A stretch of DNA of 64,000 nucleotides from Patescibacteria group bacterium (GCA_041650715.1 JBAZKQ010000001.1:70945-134944), one strand, 5' to 3'. Shown: positions 25,029 to 36,521, counted from the stretch's first letter. The notes: generated by a model not told the origin, from the letters alone. Numbers and translations: made by a program.

Positions 25029-25757
25029 ATGCAATTATCTATGAATTTAATTAACGTTAAGAATTTAAAGAAGAATTACGGCAGCGACGGCGTGGTCACT
25101 CCGGTTTTGCATGATTTAAGCTTTCAGATTGATAAGGGCGAGTTCGTAGCGATTATGGGACCGTCTGGAAGCGGTAAATCAACCTTGATGCATATTCTCA
25201 GTTTCTTGGATCGTCCGACCTTTGGGCTTTATGAGTTTGAAGGACGTAATACGGAAGATTTTACGGATTCGTATCTGGCGGAACTGCGCAACGAAAGAAT
25301 TGGTTTTGTTTTTCAGTCTTTTAATTTGCTGCCGCGCACTACCGTCCTTGATAATGTTAAATTGCCCCTACTATATAGCAAGAAAAAAAATCATGACGCT
25401 TTAGCGAAGAAGGCTTTAGACGCGGTTGGCCTGTCCCATCGTTTAGATTATTATACGAACCAAATATCAGGCGGTGAAAAACAACGCGTGGCTTTAGCGC
25501 GCGCTCTCGTTTGCGATCCAGCGGTTATTTTCGCGGACGAACCGACCGGCAACCTGGATTCAAAATCAGGCAACACCGTCATGTATATTTTGCAGCAGCT
25601 CAATGATCAAGGTCATACTGTAATTCTTGTGACGCATGAAACTGATACAGCCAATCATGCCAAAAGAATTCTTCGCATCCGCGACGGTAATTTGGTGGCC
25701 GATGAAAAAGTGGCTAAGCGGACGATTGCGACTCCCGATCAAGATCTCATCAAATAA
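25029..25757 (+). CDS. MacB/LolD-type ABC ATPase
   Basis: [16 protein letters not shown] and [11 protein letters not shown] motifs. Confidence 0.85.
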   Translation: MQLSMNLINVKNLKKNYGSDGVVTPVLHDLSFQIDKGEFVAIMGPSGSGKSTLMHILSFLDRPTFGLYEFEGRNTEDFTDSYLAELRNERIGFVFQSFNLLPRTTVLDNVKLPLLYSKKKNHDALAKKALDAVGLSHRLDYYTNQISGGEKQRVALARALVCDPAVIFADEPTGNLDSKSGNTVMYILQQLNDQGHTVILVTHETDTANHAKRILRIRDGNLVADEKVAKRTIATPDQDLIK

Positions 25758-25775
25758 AATTTAATTTAAATTTTT

Positions 25776-27041
25776 GTGAATATTTCGGCGGTTATTAAAT
25801 TAGTAATCAGAAATCTCCTGGCGCGTAAAGGGCGCTCGCTTTTGACGATTTTAGGAATTGTCATCGGCGTCGCCGGCGTCATTATTATTATCGCGCTGGG
25901 CGCCGGAGCGCAAAGTATGATTCTGGGCCAGGTTACGAAATTGGGCAGTAATTTATTATTTGTCGAGCCGACAAAAAATGTGGAAAATGGCGCGCCTATC
26001 CCCGGCTTAATTATTACTACTTTAGTGAATAATGATGTTGATGCTCTGCGCAGTATGAGCAGGGTCCCGCACGCGAGCGTGGTTAACGCAAGCGTTAACG
26101 GTTTGGCGACAATCACTTGGGGTAGCGAAAGTATCGATACTAATTTTACCGGAACCGATTATACCTATCCGCAGGTGACTGCTTTTACGATGCAAGCGGG
26201 GCAATTTTTTAGCCAACAGGAAGATCAGGGATCCGCTAATGTGGTTGTGCTCGGCTCGGCCGTCAGCGAAAAATTATTTGGCGCCTCCGGCGTTAATCCG
26301 ATCGGCCAGGTGATAAAAGTAAAAAGCTCGATTCAGGCCAAGGCAGGCGGAGTGCCGCTACGCGTTATCGGCGTGATTGCCGAGCGGGGCAGTTCTTTTT
26401 TCCAAAATCAGGATGAGATGATTTTTCTGCCCCTTACTCTCGGTCAGGAACAGATATTAGGGATTCATTATTTGCAGGGCATCTATATTAAAGTAGATTC
26501 CGCAGAAAACGTGGACCAAACGATTGCGGATGTCACTGCGGTTTTAACCCAGCAGCATCATATTAAAAGTGCGGTTAATATAGATTTTGCCGTGCGCAAT
26601 CAGGCCGATGCGGTAAAAATATTATCGACGATTACGAATGCTTTAAGCTTATTTCTGATCGCCATGGCCGGTATTTCTCTGGTGGTAGGCGGTATCGGCA
26701 TTTTAAATATTATGATGGTGACCGTCGGCGAGCGTACCCGAGAAATCGGTTTACGCAAAGCGGTCGGTGCGACCAATAAAGTTATCCGCAATCAGTTTTT
26801 GCTTGAAGCCGGCATGCTAACTGGCTTGGGCGGCATTATCGGTATTATTATCGGCGTAATTATTTCTTATTTACTTTCCTTGCTTATGAATTATCTGGGT
26901 TACGATTGGGCTTTTGTTATTTCTTGGGTCTCAATCGTGCTCGCCGTCGGCGTTTCGGTTTTAACCGGCGTGATTTTTGGATTACTGCCCGCGTTTAAAG
27001 CCGCTAAATTAGATCCGATTGAAGCTTTAAGATACGAATAA
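25776..27041 (+). CDS. MacB/FtsX-type ABC permease (4 TM with large extracytoplasmic domain)
   Basis: GTG start. MacB_PCD-like loop and C-terminal FtsX-domain helices. Ends ...LDPIEALRYE. Confidence 0.8.
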   Translation: MNISAVIKLVIRNLLARKGRSLLTILGIVIGVAGVIIIIALGAGAQSMILGQVTKLGSNLLFVEPTKNVENGAPIPGLIITTLVNNDVDALRSMSRVPHASVVNASVNGLATITWGSESIDTNFTGTDYTYPQVTAFTMQAGQFFSQQEDQGSANVVVLGSAVSEKLFGASGVNPIGQVIKVKSSIQAKAGGVPLRVIGVIAERGSSFFQNQDEMIFLPLTLGQEQILGIHYLQGIYIKVDSAENVDQTIADVTAVLTQQHHIKSAVNIDFAVRNQADAVKILSTITNALSLFLIAMAGISLVVGGIGILNIMMVTVGERTREIGLRKAVGATNKVIRNQFLLEAGMLTGLGGIIGIIIGVIISYLLSLLMNYLGYDWAFVISWVSIVLAVGVSVLTGVIFGLLPAFKAAKLDPIEALRYE

Positions 27042-27042
27042 T

Positions 27043-28284
27043 ATGTGGACAGCCTTTAAACAAGCGAATAAAGTATTGCTCGCGAATCCGACGCGGACGA
27101 TTTTGACGACTCTGGGAATTATGATTGGTATTGCCACAGTTATTCTTGTTCTTTCCGCGGGAGCGGGCTTTCGGGCTTTAATCGATGATCAGGTGGCGAC
27201 TCTCGGTACCAATACGTTATTTGTCGCGACCAAAGTACCGTCGGCCAGCAAGGGCTTGGCCGCATCGCGCGGCGACGAAATGTCGGGCGGAGTAATTATT
27301 ACCACTTTAAATGATCGTGATTTGGCGGATATAAAAAAATTACCGAACGTGGTTAATGATTACGGTATGGTTACGGGCCAGGCAGTCGCCAGCTACCGCG
27401 ATAATCAAAAGAATGTTATTTACCTCGGTTCCTCAGCCGCGCGCTTTGAAGTTGATAAGAGCACATTAAAATCAGGGCGCTTTTTTTCCGCTGCCGAAGA
27501 CACGGGCGGTGCGCAGGTAATTATTTTAGGAAGTAAGCTGGCCACTAATTTATTTAATGCCGACGAACCGGTTGGCAAATTGGTTCATTTGGGGAATTTA
27601 AATTTTTTGGTCATCGGCGTATATAATGCTTCAAGCGGTTTAGGCGGGGGAACAGACGACTACGCGACGATTCCTCTGGGGACGGCTCAGAAAAAAATGC
27701 TCGGCATCAATTATATTATTCGGGCGGTGGTACAAATCGACGATTTAAAGCTCGGCGACTATACGGCGGAGCAGATAACTCAGCTTTTGCGCCACAACCA
27801 CAATATTACTGATCCGAATAAAGATGATTTTGCGGTGGCGACTCAGGCACAGGTCATGGATATTTTTAATACGATTTTTAACGGCGTCACCTTATTACTT
27901 ATTGCGATCGCCGCGATTTCACTTGTGGTCGGCGGTGTCGGGATTATGAATATTATGTATGTGGTTGTCACCGAGCGCACGGCCGAGATTGGTTTGAAAA
28001 AGGCCCTGGGCGCAGATAACCGCGATATCATGCTGGAATTTTTAATTGAGTCGGTCATGGTGACAATTCTCGGGGGCGCGGTTGGTATCCTTTTTGGCGC
28101 CGCATTAAGCTGGCTGCTATCGGTAATCGCAATCGCCAATGGTTTAGCTTGGACTTTTTTAGTCCCTTGGTATGCGATTGCGATCGGCTTCGGCGTTTCC
28201 GCCGTTATCGGTATCGGTTTCGGCGTTCTCCCGGCGCGTACGGCCGCGAAATTAAACCCGATTGAGGCCTTAGGCCATGAATAA
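27043..28284 (+). CDS. Second MacB/FtsX-type ABC permease (paralogue)
   Basis: Same architecture. Ends ...LNPIEALGHE. Confidence 0.8.
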   Translation: MWTAFKQANKVLLANPTRTILTTLGIMIGIATVILVLSAGAGFRALIDDQVATLGTNTLFVATKVPSASKGLAASRGDEMSGGVIITTLNDRDLADIKKLPNVVNDYGMVTGQAVASYRDNQKNVIYLGSSAARFEVDKSTLKSGRFFSAAEDTGGAQVIILGSKLATNLFNADEPVGKLVHLGNLNFLVIGVYNASSGLGGGTDDYATIPLGTAQKKMLGINYIIRAVVQIDDLKLGDYTAEQITQLLRHNHNITDPNKDDFAVATQAQVMDIFNTIFNGVTLLLIAIAAISLVVGGVGIMNIMYVVVTERTAEIGLKKALGADNRDIMLEFLIESVMVTILGGAVGILFGAALSWLLSVIAIANGLAWTFLVPWYAIAIGFGVSAVIGIGFGVLPARTAAKLNPIEALGHE

Positions 28285-28290
28285 AAAAAT

Positions 28291-28749
28291 ATGACAGCTA
28301 ACAGACAAAAATTATTACGGACCTTAATTGAAAAATTACAGTATACGATTAAGGAAATGCACGCCGGCCAAAGTTTCCCTTTCGGCGAGTATTTGCTTAA
28401 CCAACAGCAGGTAATTATTTTATTTTTTGTCGCCAAAAATAATGATAAAGCAACGCTTAAAGAATTGGCTAAGTTAATGCATGTCACGGCGGGCGCCGTG
28501 ACGCAATTTGTCGACGCGCTCGTTGAAAAGAAATTGGTAATCAGAGAGGAGGGCCTGCGCGACCGCCGCTCCATTAATATTAAATTGACGCCGCTCGCTA
28601 AAAAACATTTTAAGCATTTTAAAGATAATTATTTTTCCGCCGTGAGCCGGGTTTTTGAAGATTTTAGCGCCGAGGAATTAGTACAGTTCGGGCACTTAAT
28701 CGGTAAAATAAAGAATCCTAATTGTGAAGCTTTAAAAATAAAGAAATAA
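28291..28749 (+). CDS. MarR-family transcriptional regulator
   Basis: Winged HTH: [45 protein letters not shown]. Confidence 0.75.
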   Translation: MTANRQKLLRTLIEKLQYTIKEMHAGQSFPFGEYLLNQQQVIILFFVAKNNDKATLKELAKLMHVTAGAVTQFVDALVEKKLVIREEGLRDRRSINIKLTPLAKKHFKHFKDNYFSAVSRVFEDFSAEELVQFGHLIGKIKNPNCEALKIKK

Positions 28750-28753
28750 TAAT

Positions 28754-30049
28754 ATGAAAATTAGCGCCATTAAAGCTCAGCAAATTTTAGACTCGCGCGG
28801 CAACCCGACTTTAGCGGCCACAGTTATATTAGAAAATGGAGTTAGTGCTTGGGCGGCCGTACCGAGCGGTGCTTCGACCGGTAGCCATGAAGCCGTCGAA
28901 CTTCGCGATGGCGACGCCAGAGTTTATAACGGACTTGGTGTTTTAAAAGCGATTAAAAATATCGAAACAAAAATTGCTCCGGCTTTAATCGGACAGGAGG
29001 CAAGCGAACAGGAAAAAATCGATAATTTAATGATTGCGCTCGACGCTACAGATAATAAATCTGTTTTGGGAGCCAACGCCATACTCGGCGTTTCTTTGGC
29101 GGTCGCCCGCGCGGCGGCGGCAAGTAGTGGTCAGCCGCTCTATCAGTATTTAACGAAGTTTAATCCTAATTTCGCGGGGACATACGAAATGCCGGTGCCG
29201 ATGATGAATGTTTTAAATGGCGGCAAGCATGCCAACTGGGCGACTGATATTCAGGAATATTTAATTCTACCGATTGGCGCTAAATCTATGGCGGCGGCAG
29301 TTAGAATGGGAGCGGAAGTTTATCAAGCCCTAAAGAAAGTTTTAAAAGAAAAAAAATATAGTATTAGCGTCGGCGACGAAGGGGGCTTTGCGCCGGCAGT
29401 TTCTTCTAACGAAGAAGCTTTTGAATTATTAACGCTGGCGGTTAAGGCGGCCGGCTATGAACTCGGTCGAGACATCGTCTTCGGTATTGATGCGGCGGCG
29501 AGCGAATTTTATGCGGCTGGTGTTTATGATTTAAAAAAAGAAAATAAGAAAATGACGAGCGCCGAGCTAATTGATTTTTATGTCGGCTTAAATGCGCGCC
29601 ATCCGATATTATCATTTGAAGATGTTTTAGCGGAAGACGATTGGGAGGGCTTTAGAAATTTTACAGCAGAATTTAATAATAGGGTGCAGGTGGTTGGGGA
29701 CGATCTCTATGTCACTAATGTGTCTCGCTTAAAACGGGGAATCGCGGAAAAGATAAGCAATTCAATTTTAATAAAATTGAACCAAATCGGAACATTGACC
29801 GAAACGGTACAAGCCATAAATTTGGCCCAGGCCAACGGGATGACAGCAGTAATTTCGCATCGGAGCGGGGAAACTGAAGATGCATTTATTGCCGATTTAA
29901 CTGTCGCGATGGGGACGGGGCAGATTAAGACGGGCGCTCCGGCGCGCAGTGAGCGGACGGCCAAATATAACCGTTTAATGGCGATTGAGGCCGAGTTGGG
30001 AGCTAAATCAGCCTACGCCAAGTTCCCCTTTTCTGGTATTGACAGATAA
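28754..30049 (+). CDS. eno: Enolase
   Basis: Full-length match to the enolase pattern (ILDSRGNPT..., [25 protein letters not shown]). Confidence 0.95.
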   Translation: MKISAIKAQQILDSRGNPTLAATVILENGVSAWAAVPSGASTGSHEAVELRDGDARVYNGLGVLKAIKNIETKIAPALIGQEASEQEKIDNLMIALDATDNKSVLGANAILGVSLAVARAAAASSGQPLYQYLTKFNPNFAGTYEMPVPMMNVLNGGKHANWATDIQEYLILPIGAKSMAAAVRMGAEVYQALKKVLKEKKYSISVGDEGGFAPAVSSNEEAFELLTLAVKAAGYELGRDIVFGIDAAASEFYAAGVYDLKKENKKMTSAELIDFYVGLNARHPILSFEDVLAEDDWEGFRNFTAEFNNRVQVVGDDLYVTNVSRLKRGIAEKISNSILIKLNQIGTLTETVQAINLAQANGMTAVISHRSGETEDAFIADLTVAMGTGQIKTGAPARSERTAKYNRLMAIEAELGAKSAYAKFPFSGIDR

Positions 30050-30139
30050 GAGATAATATTTTAACATAATACATCGCACCTTAAAATCAAATTAGCCACC
30101 ATAAACCATAATTGTCTAACCCCCCAAAAATAATTGAAA

Positions 30140-30844
30140 ATGAAAACACAAAAAGCCCTGGCAAGTGGAGCGCATATTTCTTGCGTTTATTTATTGATCG
30201 GCCTGACCTTAGCATTAATCCCTTATCTTTTATCATCAAAAGAAAGCGCACTTCATTATAATTCAACAAATGGCGCCGGCTTAATGCTTCTGCTAGCGGC
30301 ATTTCTGTATTTTGTCCATTTCATCTATGGTGTATTCTACTATCCAGCTAAGTACAAGCAAATAGCAAAAACATTCGCTTATGATGACTTCGATGTCGCC
30401 ACTAACGTCTGGGACTTGTCTTATTTACGCGCGATTTTGTCTATGTTTATTATTCCAATCGCATTTACGCGAGCTGGGTATACGTTAGGTATTTATCAGA
30501 TCTTCTATCTTGTTTGGATTTTGGTAAATTTATTTTTGCTCGTCAAAACAAAGACCAATAGTTTATTTGTGCGTGATTCATTAATGATAGATGCGCCGCT
30601 CCTGATGCCTTGGAAGAAGCCCGATAATTCCGAACATCTGTATGAAACTATTTATTTTTTGCGTCCTGTCTTGGAAGATGAAAATGTCTGGCGCCAGCAG
30701 GTAGTAAAAACATATGTACGTGCGGAAAATCAATATCATTCAACAAGGATACGAAGCGAAATGTCAGATTTAAAACTGAAGCAGTCGGCGACTGAAAAAA
30801 CCGTAAAGCTGGCAGCCGCTTTAAAAATTCCCAGTCACTCATAA
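30140..30844 (+). CDS. Polytopic membrane protein, unknown function
   Basis: Hydrophobic helices. The ATG at 30140 is preferred over the TTG at 30134. Confidence 0.5.
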   Translation: MKTQKALASGAHISCVYLLIGLTLALIPYLLSSKESALHYNSTNGAGLMLLLAAFLYFVHFIYGVFYYPAKYKQIAKTFAYDDFDVATNVWDLSYLRAILSMFIIPIAFTRAGYTLGIYQIFYLVWILVNLFLLVKTKTNSLFVRDSLMIDAPLLMPWKKPDNSEHLYETIYFLRPVLEDENVWRQQVVKTYVRAENQYHSTRIRSEMSDLKLKQSATEKTVKLAAALKIPSHS

Positions 30845-30854
30845 TTTACATCGC

Positions 30855-30879
30855 AGGAGGCTAAACCCCTCCTTTTTTA
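30855..30879 (+). terminator. Intrinsic terminator
   Basis: AGGAGG-CTAAACC-CCTCCT + T5. Confidence 0.65.
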
Positions 30880-30947
30880 TTTGTCTAATTGGGCATTATT
30901 AGCATATTTTGCTAAACTATAAGTAATTAATTCGCTAATCATATTCT

Positions 30948-33494
30948 ATGCTTTTAAGTTTACCGGATAATATTCAGGGATTATCGAGCGCGGAAGCGCG
31001 GAAGAAAATCGCCGCTGAAGGCTATAATGAATTACCGAGCGAGAAGAAACGGCGCCTTATCCGAATTGTTTTTGATATTTTACGTGAGCCGATGATTCTA
31101 CTTCTCATCGCCTGCATTACTATTTATATTTTTGCCGGTGATTTACGCGAGTCAATTGTCTTGATGATTTCTATCCTTTTTATTATTGTTATCACGGTCT
31201 ATCAAGAAAATAAAACTGAGCGCGCGCTTGACGCTTTAAAGTCCCTGGCCAGTCCGCGGGCTTTAGTGTGGCGCGATGGAAAATGTATCCAAATTGACGG
31301 GCGCGAATTGGTCCGTGAAGATGTTATTTTTTTGAAAGAAGGCGATCGGGTGCCGGCGGATGGCATCGTGATTTTAAATAAAGGGCTGAATATAAACGAG
31401 TCTCTTCTAACCGGCGAGTCGGTTTCGGTCGGCAAAAGCCAGGCGGAAAAAACTTTGCATATGGCCCGCCCCCAGGGCGATAATACGCCCTTTGTTTATT
31501 CGGGCACCATGGTTGTGGCCGGCCGCGGCATTATCGTTATAAAAGCCATCGGTCGTGAGACGGAAATCGGCCGTATCGGTAAAATATTAGATGCGGTCGA
31601 GCAGGATAGCACACCGCTGCAAAAAAATATCGCTCAATTGGTGCGGTATATTTTAATTGTCGCCATCCTTTTTTGTTTGGCGGTATTCGGTTTAAATATT
31701 TTAACAGCGCATGGTTTTATTCCAAGCGTTTTGGCGGGTATTACCTTGGCGATGGCTATTTTGCCGGAGGAATTTCCGGTTGTGCTTGCAATATTTCTTT
31801 CGATTGGCGCCTGGCGTTTATCGCGCCACCAAGTACTCGTCCGCCGCATGAGCGTAATTGAAAGTTTGGGTGCCGCCACGGTTATTTGCGTCGATAAAAC
31901 TGGCACCCTGACCCTAAACGAGATGAAAATTGCGAAAATATTTTTAGCCGATAAAAATGAAATTATTGATTACTCGGTATTTGCGAAAAGCGGGGCGGCC
32001 CTGGTTGGCAATGAATCAATATACGAGATAATTCGGGCGGGCGCTTTGGCCAGTAATCGTAATACTTTCGATCCTCTGGAAAAAGCGATTAAGGAAGCCA
32101 GGCGAAATTTATTCCATGAAAATATTTATGAAAACCTGGTGTTGGTACAGGAGTATCCTCTCTCGAGCCAGTTTTTAGCGATGGCTAATGTCTGGCAGGA
32201 AGGCAAAAAAAATTACGCTTATGTTAAGGGTGCGCCGGAAGCTATCATGTCCTTGTGTGCGCTAAGCTCACTTGAAAAAAATAATTTAATTAAAAAAATA
32301 AAGGAAATGGCGAGTTCGGGTTTACGCGTACTGGGCGTGGCGGCGCTGAACGAAGCAAAACCCGGAGTCGAGCTGAATGAATTAAAGTTTAATTTTCTCG
32401 GTCTCATCGGCTTTATGGATCCGGTTCGGCCGACGGCTGCCAAAGCTTTGCAAGAATGTTACCGGGCCGGCATTAAAGTAAAAATGATTACGGGCGATTA
32501 TTCGGAAACAGCCAAAAGTATCGCCAGTCAAATCGGTTTGGAAAATCCCGAAGCAGTTGTTAGCGGACAAGACTTTATTGATTTAGACGAAAAAGATTTG
32601 CATGAAAAAATAAAGTCCAGCAGCATTTTTGCGCGCATGATGCCGGAATATAAATTAAAAATTATTAGTGTTTTGAAGCATGACGGCCAGGTTGTTGTCA
32701 TGACCGGCGACGGCGTTAATGACGGTCCGGCTTTAAAGGCGGCGGATATTGGCGTGGCTATGGGTAAGAAGGGTACGGATGTCGCCCGCGAAGCGGCGGG
32801 CATTGTTTTACTTGATGATAATTTCTCGTCGCTCGTTAGCGGTGTCCATGAGGGGCGTCGTATTTTTGATAATCTGCAGAGGGCGGTAGTTTATCTGGTC
32901 GCCGTCCATATCCCGATAGCTCTGCTGGCACTCCTGCCGATAATTCTTGATTGGCCGTTAATCTTTTTTCCGGCGCATATCATGTTTTTGGAATTATTAG
33001 TGGATCCGATTTGTTCGGTCGTTTTTGAAGCGGAGCCGGCCAGCTCCGATTTAATGGCGCGCCAGCCGCGTGATTCGAAAAAATCAATTCTTCATTTTGG
33101 TAATCTTACTGTCGGCTTGATTCAGGGTTTTAGCATTTTGTTGTTCGTGTTTCTTATTTATTTTATCAGTATGCGCCTGGGTGAGGAAAGCGGCCGCGTG
33201 CGCGCTTTGGTTTTTACGACGCTGGTCACAGCGGACATTTTAATGGTTTTAGCTAACCGATCTTGGTCAGACAGCGTCTTCAAGTCTTTGCGAAAAAAGA
33301 ATCAATTTCTCTGGCCGATCGCCGGTTCCGCTTTCGCCTTCCTTATTTTCGCTATTTACAATCCTTTTATGCAGGGTGTCTTTAGTTTTTCTCCGCTGCT
33401 TATGTTAGACTGGCTAAGGGTTATCGCTTTTGCGCTTAGCCCGGCTCTTATTTTTGAATTGATAAAAAAAATCGAGCGCATACCGGCTGCCTAA
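30948..33494 (+). CDS. P-type cation-transporting ATPase (type II, Ca2+-ATPase-like)
   Basis: TGES, CVDKTGTLT, MITGD and TGDGVNDGPALKAADIG motifs with 10-TM topology. Confidence 0.85.
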   Translation: MLLSLPDNIQGLSSAEARKKIAAEGYNELPSEKKRRLIRIVFDILREPMILLLIACITIYIFAGDLRESIVLMISILFIIVITVYQENKTERALDALKSLASPRALVWRDGKCIQIDGRELVREDVIFLKEGDRVPADGIVILNKGLNINESLLTGESVSVGKSQAEKTLHMARPQGDNTPFVYSGTMVVAGRGIIVIKAIGRETEIGRIGKILDAVEQDSTPLQKNIAQLVRYILIVAILFCLAVFGLNILTAHGFIPSVLAGITLAMAILPEEFPVVLAIFLSIGAWRLSRHQVLVRRMSVIESLGAATVICVDKTGTLTLNEMKIAKIFLADKNEIIDYSVFAKSGAALVGNESIYEIIRAGALASNRNTFDPLEKAIKEARRNLFHENIYENLVLVQEYPLSSQFLAMANVWQEGKKNYAYVKGAPEAIMSLCALSSLEKNNLIKKIKEMASSGLRVLGVAALNEAKPGVELNELKFNFLGLIGFMDPVRPTAAKALQECYRAGIKVKMITGDYSETAKSIASQIGLENPEAVVSGQDFIDLDEKDLHEKIKSSSIFARMMPEYKLKIISVLKHDGQVVVMTGDGVNDGPALKAADIGVAMGKKGTDVAREAAGIVLLDDNFSSLVSGVHEGRRIFDNLQRAVVYLVAVHIPIALLALLPIILDWPLIFFPAHIMFLELLVDPICSVVFEAEPASSDLMARQPRDSKKSILHFGNLTVGLIQGFSILLFVFLIYFISMRLGEESGRVRALVFTTLVTADILMVLANRSWSDSVFKSLRKKNQFLWPIAGSAFAFLIFAIYNPFMQGVFSFSPLLMLDWLRVIAFALSPALIFELIKKIERIPAA

Positions 33495-33518
33495 TTTTTT
33501 CTTGATTAGACAAATTAT

Positions 33519-33543
33519 AAACACCCGTAACGGGTGTTTTTTT
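33519..33543 (+). terminator. Intrinsic terminator
   Basis: AAACACCCG-TAA-CGGGTGTTT + T-run. Confidence 0.7.
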
Positions 33544-33605
33544 GTAAAAAAATTATGGCTAAAAAGCGTAGTATAGAAAGAGTTAATAAATTAAATCTTA
33601 AACAT

Positions 33606-33998
33606 ATGAATAGAGTAACGCATTTTGAAATTCAAGTTGATAATATTGAGCGGGCGAAGAAGTTTTATGAGCAAGCCTTGGGCTGGAAAATTACTACGGC
33701 CATGTCTAAAGAAAAGGATGGCATGAATTATTGGACAGTCATGACCGGCGAAGGCGCACCGGGAATTAACGGCGGGATGTATGAGCGGCCACCCGAAAAA
33801 ATGGATCAATTTTATACTTATGATTGCACGATTGGCGTAAGCGATATTGATAAGGCGATTGCCGCTGTTCAAGCTAACGGCGGAACAATCACTAAGGGCA
33901 AGGGAGAAATTCCAAAAGTGGGTTGGTTTGCCGGTGCTAAAGATTCGGAAGGCAATCGCTTCGGTTTGATTCAAATGAATGAAGCGATGAAGGGCTAA
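33606..33998 (+). CDS. VOC/glyoxalase-family protein
   Basis: HFEIQVDNIERAKKFYEQALGWK plus the C-terminal GNRFGLIQ pattern. The annotated 33534 start lies inside the upstream terminator, so the ATG at 33606 (or 33555) is preferred. Confidence 0.7.
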   Translation: MNRVTHFEIQVDNIERAKKFYEQALGWKITTAMSKEKDGMNYWTVMTGEGAPGINGGMYERPPEKMDQFYTYDCTIGVSDIDKAIAAVQANGGTITKGKGEIPKVGWFAGAKDSEGNRFGLIQMNEAMKG

Positions 33999-34017
33999 TG
34001 TATTTAATAAAAACCAT

Positions 34018-34458
34018 ATGATTATGCTAACAAGTTCAGCCTTTAAAGAGGGCGAGCCGATACCTCAAGAGTATAGCTGTCGGGGAGCGGGTATAAACCC
34101 GCCTCTGCAAATAAGTGGCGTACCGGCCGCAACCAGGAGTCTGGCGCTCTTGGTGGATGACCCAGACGCGCCTGGCGGTGATTGGGTACATTGGGTGCTT
34201 TGGAATATTGATCCGAAAACAGCGGAGATTAAAGCAGATAGCGTACCGGCCGGCAGCCAAGTCGGCAAAAGCGGGTCCGGTGCGAATAAATATGAGGGGC
34301 CATGCCCACCCAGCGGCACGCACCACTATAAATTTAAGCTGTATGCTCTTGATAAGACTTTTGATTTGCCGCCCGCTTCGGGGAAGACAGAATTTTTAGC
34401 CGCTATTTCCGGCCACGTGGTCGATTTGACGATTCTGACCGGATTATTTCAGCGTTAA
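34018..34458 (+). CDS. YbhB/YbcL-family PEBP (Raf-kinase-inhibitor-like) protein
   Basis: DDPDAPGGDWVHWVLWNI and GPCPPSGTHHYKFKLYALD signatures. Confidence 0.8.
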   Translation: MIMLTSSAFKEGEPIPQEYSCRGAGINPPLQISGVPAATRSLALLVDDPDAPGGDWVHWVLWNIDPKTAEIKADSVPAGSQVGKSGSGANKYEGPCPPSGTHHYKFKLYALDKTFDLPPASGKTEFLAAISGHVVDLTILTGLFQR

Positions 34459-34506
34459 TTGACTTTTTACCCCAGAGCTATAAAATATGGTATTATATAA
34501 ATACCT

Positions 34507-36519
34507 ATGTTTACTGGGCTTAAAATTGAAGAGTGGCTAAAGGTTTTAATTTTTGCTGGTCTCCTCAGCCTGGTCGTTATTATTTTTTCTCAAAAAATTG
34601 AATTTACCGCTGTCGATTTAGGGCGCCATCTCGAAAACGGAAAAATCGTCTGGCAAGACAGCCGCGTCCTCTTCACAAATTTTTACTCTTATACCGAGCC
34701 TCAGACCGCATTTATTAATCACCATTGGCTAAGCGGTGTAATTTATTTCCTGGTCTATTCTCTCGGCGGATTCAAGGCGCTCACCGCCCTAAATATTATT
34801 TTAATCCTCGCGGCTTTTATTTTGGCATTTCGACTTGCTCAAAAAAAAGCCGGTTTTTATTTGCCCGCTCTGATTTCAATTCCCGTTATTTTTATACTGA
34901 GCGAACGCGTCGAGGTGCGTCCGGAAATATTTAGTTATTTTTTTATTTTTCTGATTTGGTTCATTATCGACCGGGTTAGTGCAAGCAAAAATTATCGTCG
35001 CGCTTATTGGCTCGTCCCGCTTTTTGTGCTTTGGGCCAATATGCACATCTATTTTTTTATCGGCCTGGCTTTAATCGGAATTAAAGCGGCCGCGGAATTT
35101 TTGCCGGTTTTTATCGAGACGGCCGGTGTCTTTAGGGGACGTTTAGCGGCGGCTTGGCAGGCGTCAAAAGTCTGGTTTATAAATTTGGGCGTTTTATTTT
35201 TCGCTTGTCTTCTTAATCCGAATTTTATCCGCGGTTTGCTCTATCCTTTTAATATTTTTAATAATTATGCCTACGAAATCGCGGAAAATAAAACTATTTT
35301 CTATTTGCAGCATTTAATGATCGACCCTAATATTGCGATTTTTAAAGCTTTGCTTCTGTTATTATTGTTTAGTTCCGGCACTTATTTTTTCTTTCGTAAG
35401 AAGATTCCATATTTTGAACTACTAAGCGCTTTATTTTTTTCGGCACTCGCCCTATTTGCGATTCGCAACCTGGCTATTTTCGGTCTGGCTGCCTTAGTTT
35501 TATTAAGCGCTAACTTAGTCCAGCCCTTGGCTTATCTAAAAGCTAATGTTTCATACCTCGACGCCGGCCGTCGTCAGTTCGTCCGCTATATTTTAGCCGG
35601 CCTGCTTTTATTTATAATACTTATCGGCACTATTTATCTTCTTATTGATGCGCGCCGTACGAATATATTTATGCGCAACCCACTCGGTTGGGGCTTATCG
35701 CAGGGCAGTGACGATTCGATAAATTTTTTCCGAGAAAATAATTTACAGGGCCCGATATTCAATAATTATGATTTAGGCAGCGCTTTAATTTTCTGGCTTT
35801 ACGGCCAAGAGAAAGTTTTTGTCGATAACCGGCCGGAAGCCTATAGCAATGATTTCTTTAATAATATTTACCGGCCGATGCAACTCGATGAAAATACTTG
35901 GCTTAAGGAAAGCGCGGCTTATAAATTTAAGACAGTTTATTTTTCCCACACTGATTTTACTCCCTGGGCCCAAAAGTTTTTAAGCACAACCATTGATAGC
36001 GACTGGGCCCTGGTTTATTTTGACAGGTATACGGTTATTTATTTAAGCCGTAAAAATAATGAAGCCGGGCTTATCGCAAAATTAGCCCTGAGCAATTCCG
36101 CAGTTAGAGAGAGGCTGCGTAGCTTGGCCGCCAATTCAGGCGTGGCCGATCGTTTACGCCTGGCCTCATTTGCAGTCACGATTAATCAACCCGACCTAGC
36201 CGAAGAGATTTATCAAGATATCTTGTTTAACAGTCCAGATAATGGCCAGGTTTTAAGCTCCCTGGCTTCGATATACGCGGCCAGTACGGATAGAGCGACC
36301 GAGTTTAAAGCTTTGGCGTATTATGAGCGAGCGTTAAGAGCCGGTTTTGTTTTGCCCGGTATATATAACCAAATCGGCTTAGTTGATTGGCGGCTGGGCG
36401 ACTACGTGAGCGCGGAAAGCAGCTGGCACCAAGCGCTGAAGCTGGATCGTAAAAACGAATCGGCTCTATATTATTTGAATCAAATTGAACAACTACGTTT
36501 ACAAGGCGAATTGAAATAG
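34507..36519 (+). CDS. Polytopic membrane protein with C-terminal TPR repeats; GT-C-type glycosyltransferase-like
   Basis: About 12 TM helices followed by a soluble domain and TPR-like ALAYYERALRAG...WHQALKLDRKNESALYYL. Convergent with a polyprenol-phosphate sugar GT2. Confidence 0.45.
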   Translation: MFTGLKIEEWLKVLIFAGLLSLVVIIFSQKIEFTAVDLGRHLENGKIVWQDSRVLFTNFYSYTEPQTAFINHHWLSGVIYFLVYSLGGFKALTALNIILILAAFILAFRLAQKKAGFYLPALISIPVIFILSERVEVRPEIFSYFFIFLIWFIIDRVSASKNYRRAYWLVPLFVLWANMHIYFFIGLALIGIKAAAEFLPVFIETAGVFRGRLAAAWQASKVWFINLGVLFFACLLNPNFIRGLLYPFNIFNNYAYEIAENKTIFYLQHLMIDPNIAIFKALLLLLLFSSGTYFFFRKKIPYFELLSALFFSALALFAIRNLAIFGLAALVLLSANLVQPLAYLKANVSYLDAGRRQFVRYILAGLLLFIILIGTIYLLIDARRTNIFMRNPLGWGLSQGSDDSINFFRENNLQGPIFNNYDLGSALIFWLYGQEKVFVDNRPEAYSNDFFNNIYRPMQLDENTWLKESAAYKFKTVYFSHTDFTPWAQKFLSTTIDSDWALVYFDRYTVIYLSRKNNEAGLIAKLALSNSAVRERLRSLAANSGVADRLRLASFAVTINQPDLAEEIYQDILFNSPDNGQVLSSLASIYAASTDRATEFKALAYYERALRAGFVLPGIYNQIGLVDWRLGDYVSAESSWHQALKLDRKNESALYYLNQIEQLRLQGELK

Positions 36520-36521
36520 AT

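Noticed and set aside
27843-28574. 243-aa minus-strand ORF overlapping the second MacB-type permease and the MarR gene
   Set aside because: It is a shadow ORF antisense to two genes with clear family motifs. Its Arg/Ser/Pro/Ala-rich, low-information sequence is typical of antisense frames.
33534-33605. N-terminal 24-codon extension of the VOC-family ORF
   Set aside because: The GTG start lies inside the stem of the upstream intrinsic terminator (33519-43). The family domain starts right at the Met encoded at 33606.
34036-34399. Three ORFs of 84-96 aa overlapping the PEBP-family gene
   Set aside because: This is a locally GC-rich segment, and the PEBP frame carries unambiguous family signatures.
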